DNA from: Octopus sinensis
Taxonomy: Eukaryota
DNA: 64,000 nt
Direction: 5' to 3'
Assembly (NCBI RefSeq): GCF_006345805.1
Contig: NC_043001.1
Coordinates: forward strand, 4,774,001 to 4,838,000
Of the stretch, positions 26,575-38,610 are shown one piece after another. The translations under genes were made by a program, and so were the position numbers. The notes beneath the pieces were generated by a model. That model searched no databases, had not been told where the DNA came from, and worked only from the letters and a program-made list of their open reading frames with translations. Every line of letters starts with the position of its first letter. The first letter of the stretch is position 1.

Positions 26575-26648
26575 GCGGTGCCATAAGCATGGCCACAGCT
26601 CGTGAGCTGAAACTAGATAAAATAAAATTAAAAAAAAAAAAAAAAATT
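26575..26648 (+). mobile_element. Isolated LINE/SINE 3' tail fragment
   Basis: GCGGTGCCATAAGCATGGCCACAGCTCGTGAGCTGAAAC followed by an A-rich tail. Confidence 0.6.
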
Positions 26649-27262
26649 AAAAGTTCATGTTCCATACGTTTCCTCAATTAATATTTACGATGTTTCATTT
26701 GTTGAGTTTTTAGGCCACCAGGCTAGTTGTAAGAACGGAGAACAAACTATGTGAATAAGAAATACATGCATAGGTTCTGTTACACTTCATTTAAGTTTAT
26801 AGATATTTAACCAATTAACATATTCATTGTTTGATTAATCGATCAGTCATTGAAACATTTAGGTTCATCACAGTAATTTCGCCACCACCTACGACCACAT
26901 TAATGACATAGCCCCTCTCTATTGCTCTCCATCATGTCGTCTGCTAAAGTACTTTATATATCTATAATGTAGAACAGGAGTGAGAATATTAACACGCAAA
27001 TCGAGGCGGCAGATACAGCCTTCGTTGCTCAAAGCATAAATTTTTACAACATGGACACGTACTTTGTGAATCATACGAATGGTTAATTCATTCAAAATCT
27101 GTCACCGCGGTTATTTATAATATCGATATTTATGTAAATCTACCTGTGTTTATATGTAGCATTAAAATATTTCATAACTATGTGAATTATGTCAAACATT
27201 ATATTTATTATTGAATTAGATATGATAACTTATTCCGTGCTTAGATTACAAGAAATGTTCAT

Positions 27263-27686
27263 AGGCGCAGGAGTGGCTGTGTGGTAAGTAGCTTGCTAAC
27301 CAACTATATGGTTCCGGGTTCGATCCCACTGAGTGGCATCTTGGGCAAGTGTCTTCTTCTATAACCCCGGGCCGACCAATGCCTTGTGAGTGGATTTGGT
27401 AGACGGAAACTGAAAGACGCCTGTCGCATATATGTATATATATATATATATAAATATATATATAAGTGTGTGTGTATATGTTTGTGTGTCTGTGTTTGTC
27501 TCCCTAGCATTGCTTGACAACCGATGCTGGTGTGTTTACGTCCCCGTCACTTAGCGGTTTGGCAAAAGAGGCCGATAGAATAAGTACTGGGCTTACAAAG
27601 AATAAGTCCCGGGGTCGATTTGCTCGACTAAAGGGCGGTGCTCCAGCATGGCCGCAGTCAAATGACTGAAACAAGTAAAAGAGTAA
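27263..27686 (+). mobile_element. Full-length SINE type A
   Basis: Colinear with 3103-3523. Confidence 0.92.
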
Positions 27687-27859
27687 TATGCAGAAGTGTG
27701 TTATAATCTAGAAACAATGTATTGTCTGTTGCGAGTGCTGTATATCTGCAGCCAGATAACCTATCATGTTATTTCGTGTGCCGACAGTAGTTTCCCGAGT
27801 AGTGTTATCGCTATAACATATAATGCATTCATCTGGATGACACAATATATCTGTCTATC

Positions 27860-28088
27860 TATTTATTTACTACCATCAAGGGGCTAAACACAAAGAGAAC
27901 AAACAAGGACAAACGGATTAAGTCGATTATATCAACACCAGTGCATAACTAGTACTTAATTTATGGACCACGAAAGGATGAAAGGCAAAGTCAACCTCGG
28001 CGGAATTTGAACTCTCAACGTAACGGCAGACGAAGCAACGCTAAGCATTTCGCCCGGCGTGCTAACCATTCTGCCAGCTCGCCGCCTT
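27860..28088 (-). mobile_element. tRNA-derived SINE type B (Meta-like central domain)
   Basis: Minus-strand head AGGCGGCGAGCTGGCAGAA, GAGTTCAAATTCCGCCGAGG and GCCTTTCATCCTTTCG..GATAAATTAAGTAC. The Meta-domain assignment is from recall. Confidence 0.85.
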
Positions 28089-28772
28089 ATCTGTCCGTCT
28101 ACCTGCTTCTCTCTCTCATAATACTTCGTCACTACCAAGACACTGTATTATTCATTGAGGTTGACTGTTTTTTGCTACCTTTCATGCAATTCAATATGAC
28201 TTAATCTCCAGAAATAACAATCGATTACCTACAGATATGTTGCAAAGTGAGTAACCGATTCTCTCCCTGTCTGCATTTTTCTTTCCACATGTTTCAATGC
28301 GCTATGATGCACGCAAATCATATCAATATTTTATTGAATGTGTATATTTATTACACACCCAGTATTGGCAAATTTCATGTACAAGAACTAAAGATTATGA
28401 TGAAAAATTATGTTAAATGTTAACCGTGCATATTGAAAATACTGAGTCATTTTCTGGAAGAATATTTTTTCATTCTTTATGTCTGCGCAAACTCCCTACA
28501 ATAGTGAATATGTACTATGATGAAGGAGGAAGATTAGAGCACCAAGAGAGCACTTAAGACTTAGCAACTTTCCTCTCTGACATCGAATTATACGACACAC
28601 TGTTCTATAAGTTGTCGGGTTACTTAAATCGAATATTTATTCCTGCTACTCTATGGAATCCAAATTAAATGGTATTATGCGTTTAATTCATATAATTCTC
28701 TGGAGAACACGTTATACTGATTATACTGATTTATCAAGAATACTCTTTAATACATCCAGTAAAATATTTGAT

Positions 28773-28938
28773 AGGCGCAGGAGTGGCTGTGTGGTAAGTA
28801 GCTTGCTAACCAGCGACATGGTTCCGGGTTCAGTCCCACTGCGTGACATCTTGGGGAAGTGTCTTCTGCTATAGCCCCGGGCCGACCAATTCTTTGTGAG
28901 TGGGTTTGGTAGACGGAAACTGAAAGAGGCCTGTCGCA

Positions 28939-28985
<47 letters not shown>

Positions 28986-29075
28986 ATGTCTTTTTCCCCC
29001 TAGAGTTGCTCGATTACAGGCGGTGCTCCAGCATGGCCACAGTCAAAAGAGTAAAAGAGAAAAGAGAGAGTGTAA
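28773..29075 (+). mobile_element. SINE type A with internal deletion
   Basis: Head and tail are present; the segment between the microsatellite and GAGTTGCTCG is missing. Confidence 0.85.
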
Positions 29076-29637
29076 AGGAATTAAAACAATATACAAAGTA
29101 AAATACAGAAAAGTATTCATTATATTTCAATGTAAGAAAACAATCAATTTAAACATTGCGAATGGATGAAATATAGCCTAAATCCTCAGCCCCTATGTAA
29201 CATCTGGTCATTAATGTTTTCAAATAACACACACACACACACACACACAAAAGTATGTGAAATTATTTAACGATGTCACTGTTTGGAAATAATCTAAATG
29301 TTCGAGATAATGTTTAATTGATGTTTAGTTGCCATGATCTAGGAATTGTCTGTCATTTACGAATTAATCAAAGATATTCAGATATCATATTTATCGGACA
29401 CAAGTCACGTCTTAAAGAAAACATTGAATAAATAGTTAAATACAGTCGTTAATATCTATATTCTAAGAAATCGTATGCAAATTAGAGCCTACGATGAAAA
29501 GAAAAAAAAAATTTATGTGACGAGGATATCTAACAGGTGACTTTCTTGTTAAAATTGTTTTTTTGTAAACAACGCAACTCCTGCTGTGCACAGAGTCTGA
29601 AATACACAGAGATACACTCTCTGTTTCTCTCTCTCTC

Positions 29638-29696
<59 letters not shown>

Positions 29697-30358
29697 CAAA
29701 CATACATAGTTTTATTGCGGTATTTTACATATTTGGACACGGAACGAGCATTAATTAAGCATTAAAACAGTCGTTAAGATAATTACAAATCAATTACACT
29801 TTTTGGCCTCGAACTTTGTAACACGTTGCCGAGGAAATCGAAGTAATCAAAGTGAAAACAGACAGTGTGTTTCTACATTAGTCGTCTCTCGATCTACAAC
29901 ATTACACTGAGTGCGAACAGACGAGGCGGCCAATTAGACATTAAACATTTATTGGCATTGTTTTGTAGTGTCTGTAATACCTGTTGTATTTTACATACAT
30001 AACGCTAGTGGCTGATATTTTATTCATGCTAGCCGAAAGATGTACATCGTTCAAATGTGTACTGATGATATGTTCAGGCACTCAAATAGTTCAATATGGT
30101 CTTTAGTGAAATAAACTGTACTTGTAGTTATTTCCTCTAACTGAAATATAGGAAAATATTTTCGTATTGTGTAGAGTTAAGTTCAAGCTTTGCTATTGAG
30201 CTAGAGTATATATACAGTCACAAACACGCACACACACACTCTTAAACATGCATTAACATACACAGAGACTCAGACACATGCACATATATATATGTATATA
30301 TATGGATTTACGGATCTACGAACATGTATGTGTGTGTATATGTGTACATATGTGTGTG

Positions 30359-30395
<37 letters not shown>

Positions 30396-30398
<3 letters not shown>

Positions 30399-30738
30399 CA
30401 ACATCACCATCAAAATACAGGTCCAGATACTGCAACAGCTTGGGTTTCAGAGGACCACAGCTTTTCAACATCCTCCCTAAATGCCTGAGAGACTTACATG
30501 GTGTGGATGTGGGTTTCTTTAAAACTAAACTGGATCTCTTCTTGTTGGAAGTCCCAGATGAACCTACCTCACGACAGGAGACGCGGATGCGGGCAGCAGC
30601 ATCGAACTCCCTTGTTGATCAAGTGCCACGTATCAGAGGTGGATTCACAAACTAGTGTGGCTCATTCTGCGGTGGTGCCCCAGCATGGCCGCGGCCTTCG
30701 GGCTAAAACATTTTTAAGGATTTTAAGGATTTAAGGAT
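30396..30738 (+). mobile_element. CR1/L2-group LINE 3' end, copy 1
   Basis: [46 protein letters not shown]...RAAASNSL, then a 3' UTR stem-loop and a (GGATTTTAA)-type tail. Confidence 0.85.
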
Positions 30739-30838
30739 ATATATACATACATATATGTATGTACATATATATGTATGTGTACATATGTATATATACATAT
30801 ATGTATGTACATATACGTACATATATGTGTATGTATAT

Positions 30839-30868
<30 letters not shown>

Positions 30869-30869
<1 letters not shown>

Positions 30870-31210
30870 TCCAACATCACCATCAAAATACAGGTCCAGA
30901 TACTGCAACAGCTTGGGTTTCAGAGGACCACAGCTTTTCAACATCCTCCCTAAATGCCTGAGAGACTTACATGGTGTGGATGTGGGTTTCTTTAAAACTA
31001 AACTGGATCTCTTCTTGTTGGAAGTCCCAGATGAACCTACCTCACGACAGGAGACGCGGATGCGGGCAGCAGCATCGAACTCCTTGTTGATCAAGTGCCA
31101 CGTATCAGAGGTGGATTCACAAACTAGTGTGGCTCATTCTGCGGTGGTGCCCCAGCATGGCCGCGGCCTTCGGGCTAAAACATTTTTAAGGATTTTAAGG
31201 ATTTAAGGAT
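30869..31210 (+). mobile_element. CR1/L2-group LINE 3' end, copy 2 (tandem duplicate)
   Basis: Identical to copy 1 except for a 1-nt deletion (GAACTCCCTT to GAACTCCTT). Confidence 0.85.
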
Positions 31211-31301
31211 ATATATACATACATATATGTATGTACATATATATGTATGTGTACATATGTATATATACATATATGTATGTACATATACGTACATATATGT
31301 G

Positions 31302-31336
<35 letters not shown>

Positions 31337-31339
31337 ATA

Positions 31340-32350
31340 TATGGGAAAATTTGAGAAACTTGTAACAGTTTCAGATAAATATATTTACATATATGCCAGA
31401 TTAGCTTCAAGAAAATTATTTGTTTAGCCAATATTAAAATTTTAGAATTATTAATTAGAAAACCATCTTTAAAAGTTTCAATATTCACAAATTTAAAATT
31501 CATAAGAGACAAATTTAGAATTTTGAAGCAGAGAAACACGTTCAAAAATGTCGATGCAGAAAAGTTTAAATGTTCATAACTTTCAATAATATTAAAATTA
31601 TGCATCGATTTGTTTGAATGTACAAATGTCATTAGTGTTAGTAGTAATGGACAAGGAATGAAAATCTTCAAAGGTTCAGTCAAACTGAGTTAAGAGGTGA
31701 AAAAACGAGGGAGAAATGAAGATAACGATAACAAAAGAGGATTTGGTTTAAAACGTCTCTGATACTCTTTCTGTCGTATGTAGGAACTTTCGCTTGTAAC
31801 AGTGTGTGTTTGAATTCAGTGTATTTATATTGTTTTTTTTTTCTGCGTGTGGATCTGATTTTTGATTCGATAAAGTACTGGTGACATCTTGTTTATCCGG
31901 TGGTCAAGTTTGCCATTCTGCCTGGTTGACTTCCACGTGGAAAATATTCATAAGTCATTCCGGATGGTTGATTCTATGAAAGGGTCATTTATTGTATTTG
32001 TTGAAGTTTGGTTGTGATTGGTCTAGAGTTAGGTGACGTCGGCAACTGGTGTTTGTATGGTGTTATTGTTTGCAGATTTGGAGTTGTGTTTTAGAAACCC
32101 GGGTGGAAGAGTCTTACTAAAGCTTTTTAAATTGTTTGTTGTTCCTCGTTGTTTTTTTTGTGGAGAAATTGAAACTTTTCCCTTTTTCTCTTTAGTGTTT
32201 TCTTCTTTCTAAAGGAATATCATTTAGAAAGAAGAAAATCCCCCAGACAGCTTTCTGGGAGATGTTCTTATGGTAGTGAAATAGTAGTTTAACTGCTATT
32301 TCTAAACTTCGGTATGTGGTGAAGCAAATTTTCCTGAACCCTAATTATGA
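31340..32350. mobile_element. Probable Penelope-like remnant ending in conserved motif M, bounded by (TA)n
   Basis: Motif ACTGCTATTTCTAAACTTCGGTATGTGG at 32292 matches 20497. A 16-bp perfect hairpin lies at 32198-32238. The coding remnant could not be assigned confidently. Confidence 0.35.
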
Positions 32351-32399
32351 TTACATACATAATAATAGAATATATATATATATATATTATATATATATA

Positions 32400-32445
<46 letters not shown>

Positions 32446-32466
32446 TATATAAACATATATATATAT

Positions 32467-32831
32467 ACTAGCAGTATCGCCGGCGTTGCTCGGGTTTGTA
32501 AGGGAAATAACTATATAAGCATTTTTAGAGAGTTATAGCCAAAAAATAGCAAAAAATGCATTAAAATGGAAAAAATGATGGTAATTGTTTTTAAATCGTT
32601 GACTCATCGTAGACATATTTAGAGAGTTACTTCCCTTATATAATATCGAAAAATGCATTAAAATGGAAAAAATGATCGTAAATTATTTTTTAAATCGTAA
32701 ACTCATTGTAGACGCGCGCTCATACCCTGAAGGGTTCGATATGAATCACGACTATAAGATACCCGCTTTTGGTTACACTGCACCGCAAAATGTGGGAGTA
32801 GTTATGAATCTAAATCGTAGTAGACAGACAG
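32467..32831 (+). mobile_element. Non-autonomous Helitron-like element (Lep1/HINE type)
   Basis: 5' ACTAGCAGTATCGCCGGCGTTGCTCGGG, an internal ~110-bp tandem repeat, and a 3' GACAGACAG tract. Confidence 0.6.
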
Positions 32832-32984
32832 GTCGTCACCGATGGTGTAAACAGCATGAAGTACGAAAACAAGCGAATTAAATACGCAAACAACGAGAGA
32901 AAAAATGGAAAACAGAACACGTAAAAACAGAGAACGACACTTCATAAGTTGTCGGCTGCCTATCGAGCATTCAATGAACATTCT

Positions 32985-33430
32985 TTTCTTTTATTTGTGC
33001 CAGATATTTAACTGCGGCCATGCTGGAGCAGTGACTTTACTCGAACAAATACACGCCATGGCTTAGGTAAGCCTATTACTTATTCTAGTGGTTTGTTTTC
33101 CGAACCGCTAAGGTACGACGACGTTGATATACGATCATCATTTGTCAAGCGAAGGTGGGGTAAACATACACAGATGCACAAACACACCCACGCACACACA
33201 CACACCCAAACACACCTCCACACACCCACACCCACACACACACATATATATATATATGTGTGTGTGTGTGTGTATACGACGGGCTCCTTTCAGTTTCCGG
33301 CTACCAAATCCATTCACACGGATTTGGTCGAACCGAGACTATAATAGAAGACATTTCCCCAGAGTACGACGCTGTGGGACTGAACCCGGCACTATTTAAG
33401 CAAGCTACTCACCACAAAGCTACACCTGCG
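32985..33430 (-). mobile_element. Degenerate full-length SINE type A
   Basis: Reverse complement of tail (CTGCGGCCATGCTGGAGCA), body and head (CTACACCTGCGC). Confidence 0.75.
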
Positions 33431-33463
33431 CGCGCGTGTATATATATATAATATATATATATA

Positions 33464-33648
33464 TATTTCTTTACTACCCACAAGGAGCTACACACAGAGG
33501 GGACAAACAAGGACAAACAAAGAGATTAAGTCGATTACATCGACCCCAGTTCGTAACTGGTATTTAATTTGTCGACCCCGAAAGGATGAAAGGCAAAGTT
33601 AACCTTGGCGGAAATTGAACTCGGAACGTAACGACAGACGAAATACGA
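33464..33648 (-). mobile_element. SINE type B, 5'-truncated at GAAATAC
   Basis: Aligns to 38377-38560. Confidence 0.8.
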
Positions 33649-33844
33649 CTACGCATGTACATATGCATGTGTATATGTATGTATGTATGTATGTATGCAT
33701 GTGTATATGTATGTATGTATGGATGGATGGATGGATGGATGGATGGATGGATGGATGGATGGATGGATTAGTACTTCAATGTTTTCCAGTGATTATGATT
33801 GAATATAGGAGTATTTGCTCCCACATTCACACTCGTTGAACATG

Positions 33845-33878
33845 AAGGCATTCCCTCATCATGCAAGAGGTTCATCAG
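33845..33878 (-). ncRNA. Decayed hammerhead-like motif in a probable PLE 3' region
   Basis: Minus strand: CTGATGA-A-CCTC TTGCATGAT GAGG-GAATGC-CTT. Core and stem II are present; GAAAC is degraded. Confidence 0.3.
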
Positions 33879-34494
33879 AATTGGGAAAAGAATTGGCGTA
33901 CCTTCCTTGCTGTGTGTTGATGTATGCCTCGATGTATACTTGCATGAGTTATGTGCGAACTTATATGTTGAAGTGTTTCGGTGTAAGTCAGTATATATAT
34001 ATTTTTGACGCTTCAAGAACAATTGCGTGAATGATTTTATTTGTGTATAATTAAAAGAAGAAAATGTAATAATCAGTGGGTGTTTACTGGAAATATTTTC
34101 GGTAAATTTACGAGAATGCTTCTCATAGAAACACTCCTGAAAATTTACTGCCAAAGAAATCATCATAAGTGAAATGAGGCTGAGAGCCAGGCTTATGTGG
34201 TGTTGTGTTGTGCTGGTCTTATTGTTATTACTAGCTTCATCTTATAATTGGTATTGATGAGCACATTTTTATTTTGTTTGGTTTACACTATTGACAGTGC
34301 ATTAAGTAGTAATAAAGTTATAAAAATAACTGCATATAGTGATATAAAATTCTAAAAGATAAATTATATTACGTTCTACACGTGATATTTTATGAATAAT
34401 TGGATATATTATCTCAAATTGCAACTGAACTAGCTGAACTTAAAGGCTTGTCAAATTTAAGTACAAGATAAATGTTGTATTTGTTTCTTTTCAG

Positions 34495-34552
34495 CTATAA
34501 TCATCATCTCAGGAGAGAATATTGGTCTGCACTCGGCATTAAATAAGGAAAT
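34495..34552 (+). other. Candidate 58-nt host exon
   Basis: TTTGTTTCTTTTCAG| acceptor and |GTAAGA donor. One frame is open (IIIISGENIGLHSALNKE). Confidence 0.4.
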
Positions 34553-34860
34553 GTAAGAGTTGATGGCACGATAATAAGCTAAATCAATAATAAAATAATA
34601 TTTGTATTTAAATATTCTCTATTTTTGATATGATCACACAAGTCAGTTAATGTGTTTATTAGTACAAGTTTTGAGTATTATAAGAAGCCATCTGGATTAA
34701 CGTCACAGCAGGATTAGAACGTTCGGGTGTTTACTGATTTCTTTGTGCCTGTTTGCCTACACATACATATGTATATATACTCATATTGAAACATATATAT
34801 GTACATATGCGCACTCTCACACTCACAGACATATGGTTATGCATAGATATCTGTGTGCAT

Positions 34861-34903
<43 letters not shown>

Positions 34904-34904
34904 C

Positions 34905-34935
<31 letters not shown>

Positions 34936-35122
34936 AATGTAGGATATATATATATACATGTGCATGGTGGGGAGTGTTGTGTACGACTATTACTCTATGT
35001 ATTACATTGCCACGCAGACTCTCATTATCCAGATTTTCATTATCAGCTTCCAGTGCCGTAGTTAGTGTACTGCTGTATTTAGTAGTGTCATAATCGTCAT
35101 AAAATACACAGAAAATGTGAGA

Positions 35123-35157
<35 letters not shown>

Positions 35158-35244
35158 GCTTCTATAAGAAAGAGGAGAATGATATAACATTACTTCGAAA
35201 CAAACAATGTTATACGCGTGCTAGTAACAATGTTATGCTTAGGG

Positions 35245-35680
35245 TAAGTATCAAAAGTTTCCAGGACCCGTTCTGAAGCGCGCCAACTGATGGAAGCACC
35301 CAGTCCGTTAATTTGTAGGATTTATAACAACCTACTTATCGAGCTGTCTAGCACTGAAGTTAACAAGTACGCTACACAAGCTAAGACATTTTTTTTCAAA
35401 TCGAAGACATGGCAGATACCACTTATGTTAATATAAAGCTCGATCCACAATCACTTCAACAAAAAGTGCGTGGTTATGATGTAGATCCTGCGCACATTAT
35501 GAGAGCATCACTGGAACTTCTTACCAACATTACAGCTGATAGGTCTAAAGGTGTCTTTTGTGAAAACCGTAACAGCATCACGTGCATTCACTTGGAAAAC
35601 CCACTGCGTGGACCTCTAATAGGTTCTGTAATTTTAAAGGTCCCTTCGTCTGTCCATATGATGTTATGTGTCTAATGAGT
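35245..35680 (+). mobile_element. Possible degraded mariner 5' end
   Basis: GTATCAAAAGTTTCCAGGAC is TIR-like. The ORF MADTTYVNIKL weakly resembles the mariner EQRxNIKF start. Confidence 0.35.
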
Positions 35681-35964
35681 AACATGTCTATGAAATATAG
35701 TTACTAAAAAGGAAGCTAAATACGTTTACATTGGTGATACTTATATTTACTTTAAATCAAGAATGCATAATCACAATTATAAAGTTTTAGCCGAATCCTA
35801 AGGCTGGTAGCATAACTTTATTTCAAATAATAAGGAATTCAAGGGGGGTTTAGTTGGTTAAATATCAATTGACCGACCATTGGATGTGCAAAACACGATA
35901 ATGTTTAGAATAATTGGAGCTCGTTAAGTATTGCAGAGATTATGCTATCATGTACACTAAAAGC

Positions 35965-36293
35965 GCATGGCTCAGTGGTTAGAGCGTCGAGCTTACGATC
36001 GTGAGGTTGTGAGCTCGAATCCCGGACCGGGCTGCGTGTTGTGTTCTTGAGCAAAGCACTTTATTTCTCGTTGCTCCAGTTCACTCAGCTGTAGAAATGA
36101 GTTGCGACGTCACTGGTGCCAAGCTGTATCGACCTTTGTCTTTCCCTTGGATAACACTGGTGGCGTGGAGAGGGGAGGCCGGTATGCATGGGCGACTGCT
36201 GGTCTTCTATAAACAACCTTGCCCGGACTTGTGTCTAGGAGGGTAACTTTCTAGGTGCAATCCCATGGTCATTCATGACCGAAGGGGGTCTTT
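35965..36293 (+). mobile_element. Full-length tRNA-derived SINE type C with 12-bp TSD
   Basis: A box GGCTCAGTGGTTAGAGCG, B box GCTCGAATCCC, and TSD TACACTAAAAGC at 35953-35964 and 36294-36305. Confidence 0.92.
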
Positions 36294-38211
36294 TACACTA
36301 AAAGCAACATTCTTAATACATTTCAGGAACTTATGAGACGTAAACATCGAATACGCAACAAATCTTATTTCTACTTAGCTTTACTTGTAAATGATTCCTC
36401 AGTTGTTGTAAATGGCAAAGTCTTGAATAAGCTCACCTTCACTCTCTAACTAGAAGCAAGGCGTTATGTTGGCGATATAGAACAAAAAACAGAAGATTCG
36501 AAATAAAATGTGATATGAAAGGATATCTTAAACTTCAGTTAGGGAGTATTCCAAGAATGAAATGTTTGAAGAAAAAAATCAACTGCTATTATCCAAAATT
36601 GGGCAATAGTTAATAGTTGAGTTCTGGAGTTCAATGCAATCAACTATCCCACCCCCATAAGTCTTATGCATAAAGCGGAAAGGATTTATAGAACATGTAT
36701 CAGAATTCGTAGCTGTATTTATTTACAGAACATTTTTGTTCTGAGTTCAGATCCTACTATTGATAAATACGTTTTTCATCGTTTCACTGTCTATAAAATA
36801 AGGTGTCAGTCAGTTATAGTTGCTAGTGGAAACAAGGAACCACATCTACATTTTGGATTTAGGGTCTTGTGCTCATTTAGCGATATTTATTGTTGTTACT
36901 GCTGCTACATACCATCTTCCGAACAGATACATATACAAGTTGGACAAAAGTAAGTATACAGTTGATGAGTATTTTCTGATTATATGTCTTTTATAACTAA
37001 TTCTGTTTATAATAAAATAATTATTCTTTATTTTAGAGAAAAATGGAGTGAGAATTAATCCGTCAGGATTAATCATTTTAGAGAATATGAGACAAACTTT
37101 AACAGAGTCGGTTCATCCGCAATGCACGGAAAAGTGTTTCACCGTTCACTTTTACCACTGATGAAAATGAAATGCTCGTGGTTCAAGAATACCTTCAAAG
37201 CCCCTAGAAAAATAACATAAAGGGCTTCCAATGAAATAGGCATCTCCTGCAGATCTCTTAGACGACTTATGATTCGCATATCGTATAAAGAAATAAAATA
37301 ATAGAAATGAAAAGATCATTCCGATGATATTAGCCAACTCTGTATCTACTACTGTCCCTTGTATTGTACGATTGTATAGACGAGTATGTTTGTTACAATA
37401 TTTTGATAACGCTTTGTAATTTGGGATTAACTCTCCGTACAAGGTTCAGAAATATAGGTCTATTCGGGAAACTCATTTACCATTTTCTCCGCCGGATTAC
37501 ATACAATGTAATATGGATATTTTTCGATCGGTATAGCCTTGCAGATAATATTAGTTCGGATGATTATGTTGAACAATTGATATGATTTATATTCAATTAC
37601 TTAAACATATAAACTTTGCAGCTGATATTACTACTTTCCCAATATTTAATATTTAGAAATATGTAGCAGTTGCAGCGGTCAGATATCTTATTTTTTTGCT
37701 TAATAAATAGAATTCTGCTATTACTTAAAAATGTGACAATGAGTGATATATCTGTATAAGCGTTCACCTCTACGCAAGTAACTTGTGTTTCAATTCACAG
37801 CTGCAGTGATTAGTCATATAATATTAGAAATGAAGCACACCTCTGCATGATTACTTCTATAACGGTTCGAAATTTCCGCAAATTTCTTTGCAAAAAAGTG
37901 GGCCACATCGGATTGTTGTCTCTCACTTTTAATTATCAATTTCACACTTAGTTTGGCTTCTGAAAGTTTGTGTTTGAACAAAGAATAATTAGAATAGAGA
38001 ACTAGAGAATTATTAGAATACAAAAAACAATGTAGTTAGAATACGAACATACTCTGTGTGAAATGGTGGCATTCAGGGTGTAAAATCATTTGTATCATAG
38101 ACTGTTATATATTCACTGCTGCCGTGTTGTAATGTTTGTGTTTAAAAGAGATCTAGCTATTATTATAATTCAAATTAATTCTTTATTTCTTTTTTTTTGG
38201 GGGGGGGTATA

Positions 38212-38610
38212 TATTTCTTTAGTACCCTCGAGGGGCTAAACATAGAGGGGACAAACAAGGACAGATAAAGGCATTAAGTCGATTACATCGACCCCAGTGC
38301 AAAACTGGTACTTTATTTATCGACCCCGAAAAGATGAAAGGATTTGAACTCAGAACGCAACGACAGACGAAATACCTATTTCTTTACTACCCACAAGGGG
38401 CTAAACACAGAGGGGACAAACAAGGACAGACAAAGGGATTAAGTCGATTATATCGACCCCAGTGCGTAACTGGTACTTAATCTATCGACCCCGAAAGGAT
38501 GAAAGGCAAAGTCGACGTCGGCGGAATTTGAAGTCAGAACGTAACGGCAGACGAAATACCGCTAAGCATTTCACCCGGCGCGCTAACGTTTCTGCCAGCT
38601 CGCCGCCTTA
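38212..38610 (-). mobile_element. SINE type B head-to-tail dimer (full copy 38377-38610 plus truncated copy 38212-38376)
   Basis: Two consecutive copies of the TATTTCTTT..AGGGGCTAAAC..GACAAACAAGGACAG tail. Confidence 0.9.

Noticed and set aside
31195-31683. 162-aa minus-strand ORF
   Set aside because: AT-rich and running into microsatellite, with no recognisable motifs.
35965-36040. tRNA-like A/B boxes (also in other SINE heads)
   Set aside because: No full cloverleaf, and the sequence continues into SINE bodies, so these are not tRNA genes.
37100-37600. Possible piggyBac transposase remnant
   Set aside because: Only faint similarity by eye; no catalytic motif or TIR was confirmed.
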